Shown: positions 15,101-27,500 of the stretch, piece by piece | How positions within the stretch are numbered: position 1 is the stretch's first letter | Layout: every line of letters starts with the position of its first letter | Source: Antedon mediterranea | Lineage: Eukaryota; Animalia; Echinodermata | Reading direction: 5' to 3' | NCBI RefSeq assembly: GCF_964355755.1 | Contig: NC_092676.1 | Span: 16,324,871-16,388,870 of the forward strand | DNA: 64,000 nucleotides | Translations under genes and position numbers: made by a program | The notes under the pieces: model-generated | Told to the model about the DNA's origin: nothing | What the model saw: the letters and a program-made list of their open reading frames with translations, nothing else | Databases searched by the model: none

Positions 15101-15814
15101 CTTTCGTGTTACCTTCTGTGTCTAATTTTACTTCGTTGCAGTTACTATTGTTTACATCACAGGCATAAAGGACACCTGTTCTCTTCAAAGCCATGTATGA
15201 AGAATTTCCAGTTGGAGCACTTACAAGAACCCTTCAATTAAGTTGGTAATTATAATGCGTAAATATTTTTAACGGTTGATTTAATATGTATGAATGGCAA
15301 AACAATCTAAAGTATAAGTATGAAGAATACTCTTTAGTTATCTATAATTTTATTCAATTCTTAATACCATAATTATCATAATATAACCAATACAATTTAA
15401 TACATCATCTTTTTCTCATTGTTATTCTTCTTTTCATTATTTTCTCTAATCATTCATATGATTGAATCATTACAATATAATCAATAGTATTAGTAAAGAT
15501 ATAAACGTTTACATTCTAGAATCAGTACTTTTATTTTACGTTACGTTATTGTAAATAAAATATCATATTAACTCAAGCAATTAACAAAATAACTTACCGG
15601 TACACAAAATATCAAAACTATACACAGTATATATTATTAAACTGTATACTTACATACTTCCATGCTCATTTTTGTGTAACTGAACTTTATAACCAAATTT
15701 ACTCTGATTTAATCCAATGAATACCTGTGTATTTACAACATCTAAATTGTAAGCAGAAGCACAGTGCTGCAATATATGGAAGTAAGCGAATAACATTAAG
15801 GAATTCGTCATCAT
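135..15814 (-). CDS. Integrin alpha subunit without I-domain, 23 coding exons (about 959 aa); cytoplasmic-tail exon lies beyond the window start
   Basis: GT-AG exons joining in frame: 15654-15814, 15006-15231, 14606-14729, 14359-14478, 13955-14041, 13722-13864, 13285-13425, 12635-12740, 12368-12459, 11932-12068, 11524-11684, 7908-8062, 7241-7375, 6856-6935, 6492-6636, 6181-6273, 5553-5716, 4790-4919, 4082-4186, 3337-3411, 3124-3228, 2315-2377 (least certain), 135-263. Signal peptide then YNLD; FG-GAP repeats ([96 protein letters not shown]); calf motifs ([21 protein letters not shown]); TM helix ending ALWK at a GT donor. Confidence 0.93.
308..2166 (+). mobile_element. Non-autonomous Helitron (intronic) with an internal ~540 bp tandem duplication
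   Basis: Starts A|TCTATATATAAATTTACG, ends with hairpin TAGATGGTACGC..GCGTACCATCTAG|T; inserted between A and T, no TSD. 881-1420 is repeated at 1424-1957. Confidence 0.85.
4999..5200. repeat. Small inverted-repeat element (MITE or Penelope-type fold-back)
   Basis: About 35 bp imperfect arms ATAGTATTGAAATATTTTTTTTCTTTTGGATGATCCA / TGGATCATCCAAAAGAAAAAATTATTTGAATACTAT. Confidence 0.5.
7605..7752. mobile_element. Short MITE, degraded; same family as 61829-61959
   Basis: Shares GTGATGTGCC..ATATGGACA.GATGATG.CATATCACTACCATATTT core and the TAGACA..GCTTTA end with the GART-intron copy. Confidence 0.6.
8138..8212 (+). pseudogene. CR1/L2-type reverse transcriptase fragment
   Basis: Translates [10 protein letters not shown] then (shifted) ITDCNDLQ, the catalytic-motif region of CR1-group RTs. 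Confidence 0.6.
8300..11289 (+). mobile_element. Helitron concatemer: truncated unit 8300-8633, full units 8634-9955 and 9956-11289
   Basis: Three TCTATATATAAATTTACG starts; exact CTAG|TC junction at 9955/9956; final CTAG|T at 11289. Confidence 0.88.
13053..13263 (+). mobile_element. Penelope-type terminal-repeat fold-back insertion with degenerate hammerhead ribozyme core
   Basis: About 58 bp inverted arms (13051-13108 / 13173-13231); TTGAGAATGATCTC-TGATA-GAGATC-AAAACGTC core; 13-bp direct repeat TGATATGTTTTAG at 13040-13052 and 13264-13276. Confidence 0.65.
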
Positions 15815-16589
15815 CAAAATCAATCTTGCGGTCACAATAGTTTACTGTTTAATAGTTTGAGAACAAAAACAAGAAGTTGCTCATTACAATTCAAACTACG
15901 CCAAGTAACTGCACAAAATGTAATCATTGCAATATTTAAGAGGGTATAACTTCACATAGTTTTAAAAGGAGTTTAGTTGCTTAGACATCGATTGTATGAT
16001 ACAATGCACGTTGAACTTAAGCAATGTCAATGAAGTATTCGGTGTATTGTTAACGAAAAATATCTTATACTCAACACAAAACATTCAACACTCTTCTACA
16101 CCATACCATTTGAATTGCAATTGGTAATTTAGGTTTGTTTTCCTCTAAAAATAAAAATCTATAGTTTTGTATTAACATTTTTCTTTTTATAATGTAAATA
16201 GTTACAATAATGTTCTATTTTTCGGAAAATGATAAATATTAATAGTTTTTATATTTCGACAAATGTTTTTCTATACATTTATAATGTTTTTTTTTTACCT
16301 CTTTCATCCACTTCTCTTTTCACAACTAAAGCCCCATATTAATTTTCAAATATTTAGAAAGCATTGTAATCATCACATTACACATAATATAACAACGGCT
16401 TTTGTTTTATATTTATACCTCTACTAAAATTGAATATGAACGAATGTACATTTAAAATATTACTATTTTTTGAAATACAGTGTGTAGCAGCCTTCAGTTT
16501 ATTCACCTTGTTTTTTGCCATTGTGTTCATGAACACAAACCAATTTAAGAGTGAAATTAACTCTCATGACAGCCAAAATTTGGCCAGTC

Positions 16590-17280
16590 AGCTTTGCGGC
16601 AAATCTCGCAAAACTTGTTCATTGGTTGACTATACTCCAAAATTTAAGAGTAACCAAACTGGCAGCATTTTTCGGATAAGACAATCAATTAATTGTCTAA
16701 TCAAAAACGTCATTTATCTCATATACTGTAATATTTGTGGTAAACAGTATGTCGGGGAAACAAAAAAAACCGCTCCGATGAGAATGACACAACACAGATC
16801 AGCTATCAAAACATTAAATCTTGATAAACCTGTAGCCTAGCCAAACATTTTAATTCAGCTGGTCACTCGATTGTAAATTTCAGAGTTATTGCAATAGACC
16901 ACGATGTCAAATGGAGCGACAAAACTCGCAAAGACAAAGAAAACCACTGGGAATTACACCGTCCTTAAAACCACAAAACCTTTTGGACTTAACATTAGGA
17001 ACATACTCCCAGATCGGTAAAATTACTCCATTGACTACCTAAATTTAAGTTTCAATATTAACCACCATTTAAGCTGTTTTTTAATTTTATTCAAAAATTG
17101 TTTATATCCACCAAGCTATTTTCTTTGTTTTCTACACAATACTATAAACACCCTCGATTCACCAGCCTTATGCCTCTTTTATTTTTTTTTCTTTTATTTC
17201 TGTACACTAATGCAGAGCTTGCCTGATATATATCTATCTATCTTGTCCAAGTACCTCCACTTGCACTGATGAAGGGCTGT
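16590..17280 (+). pseudogene. Penelope-like element 3' relic (GIY-YIG endonuclease)
   Basis: NVIYLIYCNICGKQYVGET..RMTQHRSAIK..PVA then stop/frameshift, HF..GHS..ENHW..LKT..PFGLN; CTGATGAAGG at about 17266 typical of PLE terminal repeats. Confidence 0.85.
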
Positions 17281-17281
17281 T

Positions 17282-17410
17282 TTGTGCAAACAACCACATT
17301 TGTGCAAACATGTCGCCTTCAAATATGCAAACAACCACATTTGTGCAAACATGGCACCCTCAAATGTGCAAATCTGTAAAAATGTATTATCTACGAATGT
17401 GCAAACATCA
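17282..17410. repeat. TGTGCAAACA-core short tandem repeat
   Basis: About six TGTGCAAAC/TATGCAAAC cores at roughly 19-bp spacing. Confidence 0.6.
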
Positions 17411-18899
17411 CGCCGTTAAATGTAAGAATGATTAGTTTTAACGTTAAATGTCCAAATAAAATTCTACAAATATGCAAACCATTTTTTTCAACCTAAATCG
17501 TTTATTAAAAATGATAACCATTACGGCCAGGTTTCCCCAAATGGTCAGACATAGTTATAGGAACTCAGAACACGCTTGTTAATGAACTCATCTCTTTATT
17601 TACATTTAGTATTTACAAATCTTGCATTATTTATAAAACAAGCAAACGGATTATCACTTGGAATTTATTTAAGATAGAACTAAAAAATTTAATTTTAAAT
17701 GAATACTTATGTAATCTAAACAAAGCAGAAAGAAAATGGAATGACGTTAAAGAAAAACTACTTGAATCAATTATCTAAAAAGAAAAATAATCAATAAAAT
17801 TTAATTTAATTAAGAAATACACAAGAATAAACATAAACGTACGGTATACAGTATATTTTCTTGATTTAGATCAATTGTTAGTTTACCATCATTATTATAT
17901 TATTGTTTTCTAGGAGGCGCCCGAGTCCGGGATGACCGAGACGCAACTGGTGCTAGCCAGGATTTAAACTAGAACTATTAAAATAAACCTGGCTAGCGAC
18001 GAGGGCGTATCCCCATACTTTGGTTTGGGTTTAGCTTTCCAATGTTTATTTGTTTGTTATTTTATCATATAAATAATAAAAGCAATATTATGTTCAAAAT
18101 GTAAAACTATACAATTTTATCAAAGTATTCAAACAAAACATAATCTTATAATGCAATATACCATTTTATCATATATATTTATATTATATCGAATCACTTT
18201 TTAATACTGAATATCAATCTTTATATCGTTTTAGCTCTGTAATATAACTTTTCTCTGTATACATGTTTGTTTTATCTAGATGTCAACACAATATCAAAAT
18301 ATTTTATATAATCTTTTAACCTCTTTCTGTGTAATATCACTTAAATATTCATTGATAAATCGATAGATAGACATATATACTGTAACCTTCACCATATTGT
18401 TTATCATTGCAATAAAAGTGGGTTTCCCCCACAAAAGAGAAAAAAAATTATAACCTAATTCTAATCAGTCACGGGTTTTTCTAACAATGTTTCCAAGATA
18501 TAGCAACTGTGACATACTTAATTGTAGTACAGGCTGAAATAATCTGTTTTGAAAAACTACATGTCCGGGGATGCATGACTGACAAGTGGTCGCTGCTTGC
18601 TGGAGATGGAGACTTCCATACCATTGGAATCACTTAAAGGAAATTCACAAAACTGATTTTATTTTTGAATTTCCTTTAAATTAAGAGGATAACTGTTTTA
18701 TATTACTTCATTTAAAATGTATTTCTTTTTTTGCGCGATTTGGACAATTTATGCAATTTTAAATTGTGAGCATTTTCTTGCGCAAATCATTTTCTTTAAT
18801 AAAATTAATTAACATGAAAATAATAATAGATAAGGTAGGTATTATGAATATGAATAATCCTTAAGTTAGGCCTTACCTGGTTTCGTAATTATAACAAAC

Positions 18900-18983
18900 C
18901 GAGCACAGAAAGTTGTAATAGAAGTCTTCAGAGTGGTTCCCAGTATCATCAGGTGTCCCACAGGGATCGATTCTGGGGCCATT
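18900..18983 (+). pseudogene. CR1-type RT fragment
   Basis: Encodes VPVSSGVPQGSILGP. Confidence 0.65.
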
Positions 18984-19275
18984 AATTAAATTAAAGAATT
19001 ATGGATACTGTACATTTTCTAAAGTGAGACTTTTGTAAAACCATCATTCATTCATTGTGGCACAATAAGTCTTTCTTAAGTTAAATTAGCACAGGAATTG
19101 TCATCTAAGGATTTAGGATCTTGATTCCTGATAGAACATTTTAGAATTGGTTTGGTCAATGTAGGCTACTTTATATACGAATTAAATCTAATAATTTTAT
19201 TATTTTGACCTTTGACCCACTCTTAAGCGGTTTTGACCCATTCTTAAGTGACTTGGCCCTGGATTTCAACCTTAA

Positions 19276-19421
19276 AGCCGATTTTCCACTAGGCGAATTT
19301 GTTCGCGCCAGCTTGTACGCATGTGTATTCATGTTTACATCTTCCAAATCCTTCTCTACGCATGCGTATTAGCTGACGCCTTCGATTCGCGCGAACAAAT
19401 TCGCCTAGTGGAAAATCGGCT
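19276..19421. mobile_element. PIF/Harbinger-type MITE
   Basis: Perfect TIR of over 30 bp AGCCGATTTTCCACTAGGCGAATTTGTTCGCGC; TAA on both sides. Confidence 0.8.
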
Positions 19422-20261
19422 TAAGAATGATGAATCCTAATCAATATGTTCATATGTATATGTGATGTGAATTTCGTTGATGTACTCAAAATGCTAATTA
19501 AATGTCTAATTAGCGCTAAAGGGCGTTCTTAAGTAAATTTAGGACAGGAATGGTCACTTAAGAATTATGAATATTTATATATTAAATCAAATTTAAGGGG
19601 TAATTTGGGTGGTTCGCCCTTAAAATTGAACAGGACCCGTCACTTAAGAATTGCCATTTCTGGGTCTTATAGACCATATCTAGGCCTACATACTCCACAC
19701 CTCAAACCTTTTGAACTCACATTGCTAATTAAAACCTTCTGGGCTCCGAGACTAATAACAAATTGTTGGAATTGGTCAATTTTGAACTTTGACCCTTAAG
19801 TCTATATCTCGAAAATGCTTCATATCCTGATCGATTACCTTCCAGATTCGTAAACTACCGAAAAGTTGGATGGCAATTTGTCACCTTTCGGGCGGACTAC
19901 ACATTACCTTTTGTAATGACAGACAAAAGCGCGTTTTGGTAAATTACTCAAAAAGTAGCATTTTGTATAAGATAAGATACTTTCTCAAAGTAGGGCAGTA
20001 TATGTCCAAAATAATAGAATTTTTCAAATAGAGACATTCAGATTTTTGTCTGAATGTCTCTATAATATACAAACTCTCTATTTTAGACACAATATACCTA
20101 TAGTTTGATTGTCGCTATTCTGTATAAAATGTTCACATGATGTCTATTTTAACGCACACCAACGACATGTGCGACCGCCGACGACCGACCGAATAGGCAA
20201 GTCCAAATGATATAGAATTACCAAGATAAATATCATGGAATTCCGTCTTTCCGAAATAATT

Positions 20262-20775
20262 GAGAGGTTTCGCAATCTTACGAATACGATAATGAAAACG
20301 GATACGTCACGCACACGTATTCGTTTTCGTAAGTCTGTAAAAAATCTGTTTCGCATGGCAACGAAATATTGAGGCGCGTCCAAAATATGACTGCGGTAAA
20401 TTTGAGCGAAGCGCAGGTGGTACGTGTTGCTTGGTGCTTGACTGCAAGCACCAAGCTAGCGTAACATCAAAGCGAGTGAGGACTTTAAAAAACTGCTATT
20501 TATCTAACTTGACCTGGCATTTTAGTAAATTACTTTAGTAAATTACTTTCAATAAATCTATAATTATATTATAATCATGAATCATTCGTAATTCAAATGC
20601 AAAATGTGCAAAATAGATCAAAAACTATACTCGTTTTGTAGTTACGAATATGACTGGTGATATTCGTCAACACGAATACGCTTTACGAATAAGAAATGGG
20701 GATCAGCTCAAAAGTTTCACAAATGTATGACGTATCCGTTTTCGTTATCGTATTCGTAAGGTTGCAAAACCTCCC
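20262..20775. mobile_element. MITE inserted into a GGAATTCCGTCTTTCC satellite-like repeat (20220-20960)
   Basis: About 48-bp imperfect TIRs GAGAGGTTTCGCAATCTTACGAATACGATAA.. / ..TTATCGTATTCGTAAGGTTGCAAAACCTCCC; ATCATGGAATTCCGTCTTTCC units on both sides. Confidence 0.7.
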
Positions 20776-21331
20776 TAATAGTATTTTGGATTTACGTCTT
20801 TCAAAGAAAACGTATCATGGAATTCCGTCTTTCCAAGAAAAGCTTTCTTGGAATTCTGTCTTATCCCGAAATTATCATGGAATTCCGTCTTTCCAAGATA
20901 ATTATCGTGGAAAGACGTAAATTATCTTGAAAAGACGGAATTCTATTCCGGAAAGACGTCTTAATCTCTGCTTTATTCCGTGTTACAAGATAACTTTATG
21001 TTGGAATCGTGGAAATTTACGGTCACTTTAAGCTTCCGTAGTAATCTTACCTTTGTTAGGTTAATAAGTTTTAGTTAGTTATTATTGTAATATTAAAAAT
21101 AAGTAATTTTTAAAATAAACTTACTTTAGTATTTAAGATTTGTTAGTTAGTAAGGAAAGAAACAAACACAAACATCCCAGTCTGAAGTCGGAGATGCTGC
21201 CTCATCGTGGTAGACTCGTGTAGTGTCAACATCATTGGTGAAACATGGTATCAATGATGGCTAACAGCATCACGCATTTTGTATAAATCGTCACTGAGAC
21301 ACTACACGCGATTTTGTCTTGATGTCACGGA

Positions 21332-21570
21332 CTATCCTAGTGGGCCGGCAAAATTCATTGGAGTGACGTTGGATCGACGTCGAACACTGACGTCGACACA
21401 CCGTTGAAAAGATGCTGGATATGAAAGATGGATCGACGTCATTATGCCAATGTTGTATCAACGTCGGATATCAACATTACACTGACGTCAAATTACGACG
21501 TTGAATCGACGTCATTTTTTTAACGTTGTGTCAACGTCGAAAACCGAAGTTAAGTCGACATTAAATGTGA
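21332..21570. repeat. GACGTC/ACGTTG-rich repeat, probably a partial MITE
   Basis: Many CGACGTC, GACGTTG and CAACGTC subrepeats in a CpG-rich patch. Confidence 0.45.
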
Positions 21571-21756
21571 CATTAAAACGGCATATTAAAAAAAAATTAA
21601 AAAAATATTTTTTCACGGGGACAATACAACTTTAATAATAATATTTGCAGAAATGTTAGAATAAATAATAAAGAATCCTGTATCAATCATAAGCGCAAAG
21701 TAGATAAAGAATAATGTATATAAAAACAAACAAATTGCCTTGACAAAAAGAGAAGT

Positions 21757-21955
21757 AAAAAGGGTGTTACCCCATTTATTTTAACTACTGGACACCTCGG
21801 TGGTACCACTTGTATAATGAACAACTTCGCATCGTCACGCTATCGTCATATCGTAACGAAGTTTGGCATGCTCACTACCTACTCAAGTAACGAAATGCCA
21901 GCAGTTTGGTATACTGTAGTCTGAAAGACCCATGGAAAACATACCATGGGCACCC
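21757..21955 (-). ncRNA. Putative Pol III hairpin RNA, unit U1
   Basis: PSE-like 22001-22019, TATA-like 21973-21986, octamer-like 22163-22170, T5 at 21757-21761, apical GTTACGATAT-GACG-ATAGCGTGAC. Has an internal T4 at 21936-21939. Confidence 0.55.
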
Positions 21956-22628
21956 TAATTGATAATGATGATCTTATTTTATGTACAATAATGATAATAT
22001 TCACAGAAAAGCAGTGGCATTTTACCAAATATTTCAGTATTCTAATATATATTTGATTACGTTGATTAATTGTTTATAATATATAACAGATTATATTTTA
22101 AATAGACATCTTCATTGTAATTTACATTGTTTTTGACTAAAATTGATTTTAAACATATTTACATATTCATGAAGATTTACCGAGTCATATTTGTTTGAGT
22201 ATTATGTTATCTAAATTAAACAATGTTTATCAGAAATGTAGACATGCGTAGATAACCAAATAGTAAAGTTACACACAGAAACGTACAGTAACGTAGTTCA
22301 TAAAATACACAAAAGGATTCAATGTTTCGATATTATTTATAGGTTAATTTGAGTTGAGTTGACTACATTAGTCAACTTTCGGTTGATACCAATTTTAGGG
22401 ACTTGCCAGAAGTAAACATGTTAATCACCTCCTGACCACGAATCACAAAGCTTACCATCACAGAGGTAGGCTGGTATTTGCATCAAGTGCTTATCTTCTG
22501 CAAATTTAACTGAGCAACTATTAAAACATGTCACCGCTTTGACCACTAATCAACATAGGGCTACCATCAAATTACGATCAATTTTGTTGCATGCATTCTA
22601 TGTTAACGGGTGGATTGTCATTACAAGT

Positions 22629-22800
22629 AAAAGAGCTGAATGGGGTTCCCGTTTCATTTTGTTTTCATTCACACTACGGTATGATATCGTAACAGAAAGC
22701 GTTTATGATACTTAAACGAAGATCGTAAAATTACGATAAGTCATAACGTGTAGTGTTACCTCAAAATTTGGAACGTATTCGTAACAAACTGGTCATATCA
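22629..22800 (-). pseudogene. Degraded hairpin-RNA unit U2 (homologous to the 3' module of U8), promoter not recognisable
   Basis: CACACTACGGTATGAT..GTCATAACGTGTAGTGT stem and GGGGTTCCC end match 48974-49130. Confidence 0.45.
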
Positions 22801-23188
22801 TAGCCTTTATTTGTAAGAATACTGTACTCTTGTATTTTGTAACAAGCTAAAATGTCTTTTTATTAGGCCTATGTATGCTATAGGCCTACACAAAATTCTT
22901 TTAAGAACAGCATCAAGACGTCAGTCAAAATAAGCCGCAAAACAGAATCTTGACTTCTTTAATCCTAAAAAAAATAGCACAAATAGAATTCAAAATATTT
23001 AGTAGTTCGTTAAAAATTCCAAAATAGAAAAGCAAAATAAAATAAAGAAATCAAAAAAAATCCCAGTCTAAAGTCGGAGATGCTACCTCGTCGTGTTAGA
23101 CTGGTGTCAACATAATTGGTAACAACAAAGATATAGTTCACTATAATATATCTATGACAACAATGATGGATAACAGCATCATGCTAGG

Positions 23189-24250
23189 TAGACACCTATC
23201 GATGATTTGCAGGAATATCATAGTAAAAACGTTATTGGCTTCAAAATTAACATACCTAGCTTCTACAGTTATTCTACCGAACGAAATCCTAAAACAATTA
23301 AACACAACTTTTTTTAACTTCATATGGAATAGAGCCGAATGTGTTAAAAGAGGAGTAATTAGGTCAACATTTAACCGTGGCAGACTGAACATATTTCACC
23401 TTCCCTCCTTTTTAACATCTATTACCCTATCATGGATTAAGAAATTAGCCGACAACAAGCAATCAATGTGGAAAAATTTTGCCCTATACTTCCTAGATAA
23501 AATAGGCCTAGGCTTAAAACGCTTTATGATCATGAATTTATCAAAGCCGGAATCTTAACGCTTCGGCACATTTATAATTTTGATGATACCTTAAGTTCCT
23601 CAAAACAAATGTTAGAAAAAATCAACCACCCGAAAACACTGATTACACTTTTTCAATTCATAGTTGTATCCCAGCTGACTGGAAAAACGCCTTATCTTAG
23701 GACAAACTATTTGATCCTGTAATCCTTTTTAATAATGTCTGTATTGACAAATGTACTCCAAAAATTGTTAGAGAACATATTCTTTCAAAAATGTATTCAT
23801 TAACAAAATGTCAAAATTATTGGGAACGGTACTTTGATAATTATAATTTTAATTGGAAAAAAATAATAATGGCAACGAAAAATAGACTCTTCCAATGAAG
23901 CTCAGTTAAATGTACTGTCATGGAAAATATTACACAACGTACCCAACAAATAATTATCTGTTTAAAATAGGTAAATCAAACAGCAAGATGTGTAACAGTT
24001 GCAACAAAATCAGTGATATTAACCACATGTTTTACTTCTGCAAACAGGTATTTCCGATATGGAAAAAAGTCGATCTAATTATCCGTTCATACCTGCAGAT
24101 AGACATTACGATCTCAAACTTTCACGTAATTTTTGGTTTTGAATGTCTGAATAAAGTTCATATAAAAACTATTAATAACATTATAAATATTACTAAACTA
24201 TGTAAAAAAAAAATATGTTAATTTGATTATTAAAAATATAGACATACTGC
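23189..24250 (+). pseudogene. L1/Tx1-clade LINE ORF2 3' relic; its AT-rich 3' repeats continue at 24390-24502 and 36688-37200
   Basis: LSMICRNIIVKTLLASKLTY..FNFIWN..GRLNI; YPTNNYLFKIGKSNSKMCNSC..HMFYFC (zf-RVT); many frameshifts. Confidence 0.85.
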
Positions 24251-24502
24251 ATTTGAGAAAAAAATGAATGAATTTATACTATCTGTTGGTCATGACCGAT
24301 GTGTGTGTACCTTACCTTTTATTTTTCTGCATTATATCAAAGAATAATATTACACCCTTAACTCTAATATGAAAGCAATACCAAACCGGTCTAACTAAAG
24401 ATAAAAACACATTTTAATTTGTATTTATTTTCAAGCAAAGCAAGAATTAAAAAGAGGAAACCATTTTTGTTAATTGATATGTATTTATAAAAAACATATA
24501 AG

Positions 24503-27500
24503 TATGGCAAGCCTCAGCTGTCTGAAGTATTCAAAATATTATATTATTATATCATTTTTTTATTATATTATATATTGTATTGTAATGAATTATACGTTTT
24601 GCATTATATTACTTGGTTTTAGCATTATATTATATCTATTTCTAATATATTATGTGAAAAATGTAACAAATTATTGACTTTTTGTATTATATTATTTGGT
24701 TTTAGCATTATATTATGAACATTTAATATTATATTATTAATAAAATACATTATATTATAATATAATTGTATTATATTAAACGCATTTACTTTACTTTATA
24801 ACATACAACATTATTATATTATACGGATTCGTTAGTTATATTATTATTTTGTATGATGTTTATTATACGTCACGGCTTATTTCAGTTCTTCTAACTCTTT
24901 CTCTCCCTCCCCCTGTTCACTAGCAATCAGCGGCCGGCAGAATCTGAATTGTGTGACTGTTGAAGAATAATTACGTACTAGGCCTAGCCTAGGCCTACTA
25001 GGGGATCTAGACAAGTGACCAAGGATCACCGGACAGCTACAACTAATACTACAATACAATAATACTACTACAATAACTACTACTGCTACTACCTAGGCCT
25101 AGCTAGTGAGTAGTAGGTAGGAATATACTACCTAGGCTCTAGGGCGTATGTATGATGTTAACTACTAGGGCCTAGGCCTAGGCTAGGCCTAGAGGCCTAC
25201 TAGTACTAGGCTAGGCCTAGACTTAAGTTGTAGTAGGCTAGGGCCGGGCCTGCTGCCTTAGGCTAGGCTACTACTACTACTACTACTACTAGGCAGCCCA
25301 TGATGGGTACGAGTAAGCCAAAATTTTGGATATATGTAAACCAAAATTTGGGTACGAGCGTGTTGGCATGGCATGGGTACGGGTTGACCTGTATCCTTCT
25401 AGCTAATCGTACTATGCCTAGGCCTCAAGTAAGTCTACGCTACCCAGTCTGGCTACAATATGGTCTATTTTGTAGCTTTATTGATAGCTGGGTTCAAATC
25501 TGGGTTGGGACGGCTTTTTCTCATTTAAAACAGATTTCCTTATCATAATAAAATAATATATGAATTTATTTGTAATATTATTGTAATGTATACATAATAT
25601 AAGTAATTGCCATTGCCTTTATTACTATTAATTATGTATTATACGGTTACTCCTTAATTATACTATAGTATAATTTCCTTGTTATATTTTACAATATTTT
25701 CTTCCTAATTCTACAATTTTGTCTTTCACAGCACAAATTTATCATACTGAATCATCACACACCAAGTCTCATAAATCTCTACTGTATTTGTCCAAGCTAC
25801 TCCAGCTACATGGTATTGCCTTGAGGCTAAACTACACGGTATACTGGCACTACCATCATTCCTGGCTCGTCAACCTGTACCACATAAGCACAGTTTCAGT
25901 TTCAGTTTATTTACCATTTCAATTTCTGAACATAAGAGATGAACAACTTATATGGATGGATAACCGTAAGAGCGGAGCTCGTTTACCGGTCACCCGTTAG
26001 TGCAGTGACATTACAGAAAACATAAAGACAGGACAAAGGTGCAATACTTAACAAGACATGTGAACACTTGTGTTTGCAACCCCTTGGATAAAATAATATA
26101 TTTATATAAAGGAGAAAGTTAGATATTATAATATTTCTTTTTGATCATACAATGATAATTTTTAAATTACTTCTTAAGAAGTCATACTACTGATTCAAAA
26201 TAGTGACTTACACCCTGTGGTCAAGGCTTTCTTTGCTCTTATGCTTATTTCCTCCAACATACAGAGTACATAGGACTTTTTTTATTCATAACTGTTGAAT
26301 TGTTTCCCAATACATAGTACCTATTGGTATTATATCTAAAAATACAAAGGCGGCTAACACAGATAGTTCCATATATACAGTACTCTTTTATAAATAAATG
26401 TATCTCTCCAAACTACTCCCAACTACCTAATCTAATAATAGTACTATTAGCATACTACTATACACTTTGTAGACAAGAAATAAGTTGTATACACTAGAGG
26501 ACTTATGGTAGCACAGTCGATCGCCCTCTCACTGGCCCGGTCAACATAATCTATACCTAGATTATTACAGTAATTAAAGTACATTATTACAGAGTTTTTT
26601 TTTTTTGCAGAAATCAAAGTTATGTGTATAGAAAGCAGTACTCGTATTAAAAACTAAGCAGGTTTTTGAACGCAAACTGGCAGGATATTTTGAATATTTT
26701 TTGTTGTTGAAATGATGGAATCCTAACTTCAATTTCCACGAACCCTTTTATTTAAATTTATTTGAATAGACCTCCATGTAAACTCATTAAAGGCTACATG
26801 ATTGTTTTATATTTTAATATGTGATAGTAGAAAATCATTGTGTATAATGAGGACTATGAATCTGATATTTACTTGCATTCTCATCTTTTTAAATTATTAT
26901 TTATAATGCCGGTAATGAGTTTAAAATTTAATTATATTGACTATTTTTGATAATCATCATGTCCTTATAAATTCATTTATATTTCTTTTGTGTAATATAG
27001 TTCATATATTATGTATTAAGTAAATTGGTAAGGCCCTATACTGTTACTATTTAAGGAAAGTTTATATACACTATTATTTTATGCCTACCAATATTAGTAT
27101 TAATTGTTTATGTAAATATTTTGTCTAATTTCCTTGATTTTTTGTATAGGCCAATGGCATCAATGTTTTTCTCAAAGCAAATTAGCCTAATAATGCCACA
27201 TTTAGACACATGATTCATTGATTTCTGATATTCTGTACTTGTGTATGCATTACTAAAATAGTAGTTAATATATTTCATTTATAATGTATGTATAAACATA
27301 TATTCATATTTTTTTAAACATTTTTAAATTAAAAAAGTATTACAATACCTATCTACCTTTCTGATATTGTTACTATTATATAATATTTTTTGAGGCAGCA
27401 ATAAAAAAAAATTAGAACAATTAATTTGAGTTATACTGTACTATGTTAGTTCAGGAGATGAAGTATGTGTGGGCAGAAACTAGTGTGTTGGAGGTTGGTG

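Noticed and set aside
18415-18600. GTGGGTTTCCCCCAC hairpin plus CAGTCA/TGACTG stem as another Pol III unit
   Set aside because: No PSE, TATA or octamer at the expected spacing and no apical motif.
20785-20960. Spaced GGAATTCCGTCTTTCC repeats resembling a CRISPR array
   Set aside because: Eukaryotic context, degenerate units, no unique spacers, no cas genes.
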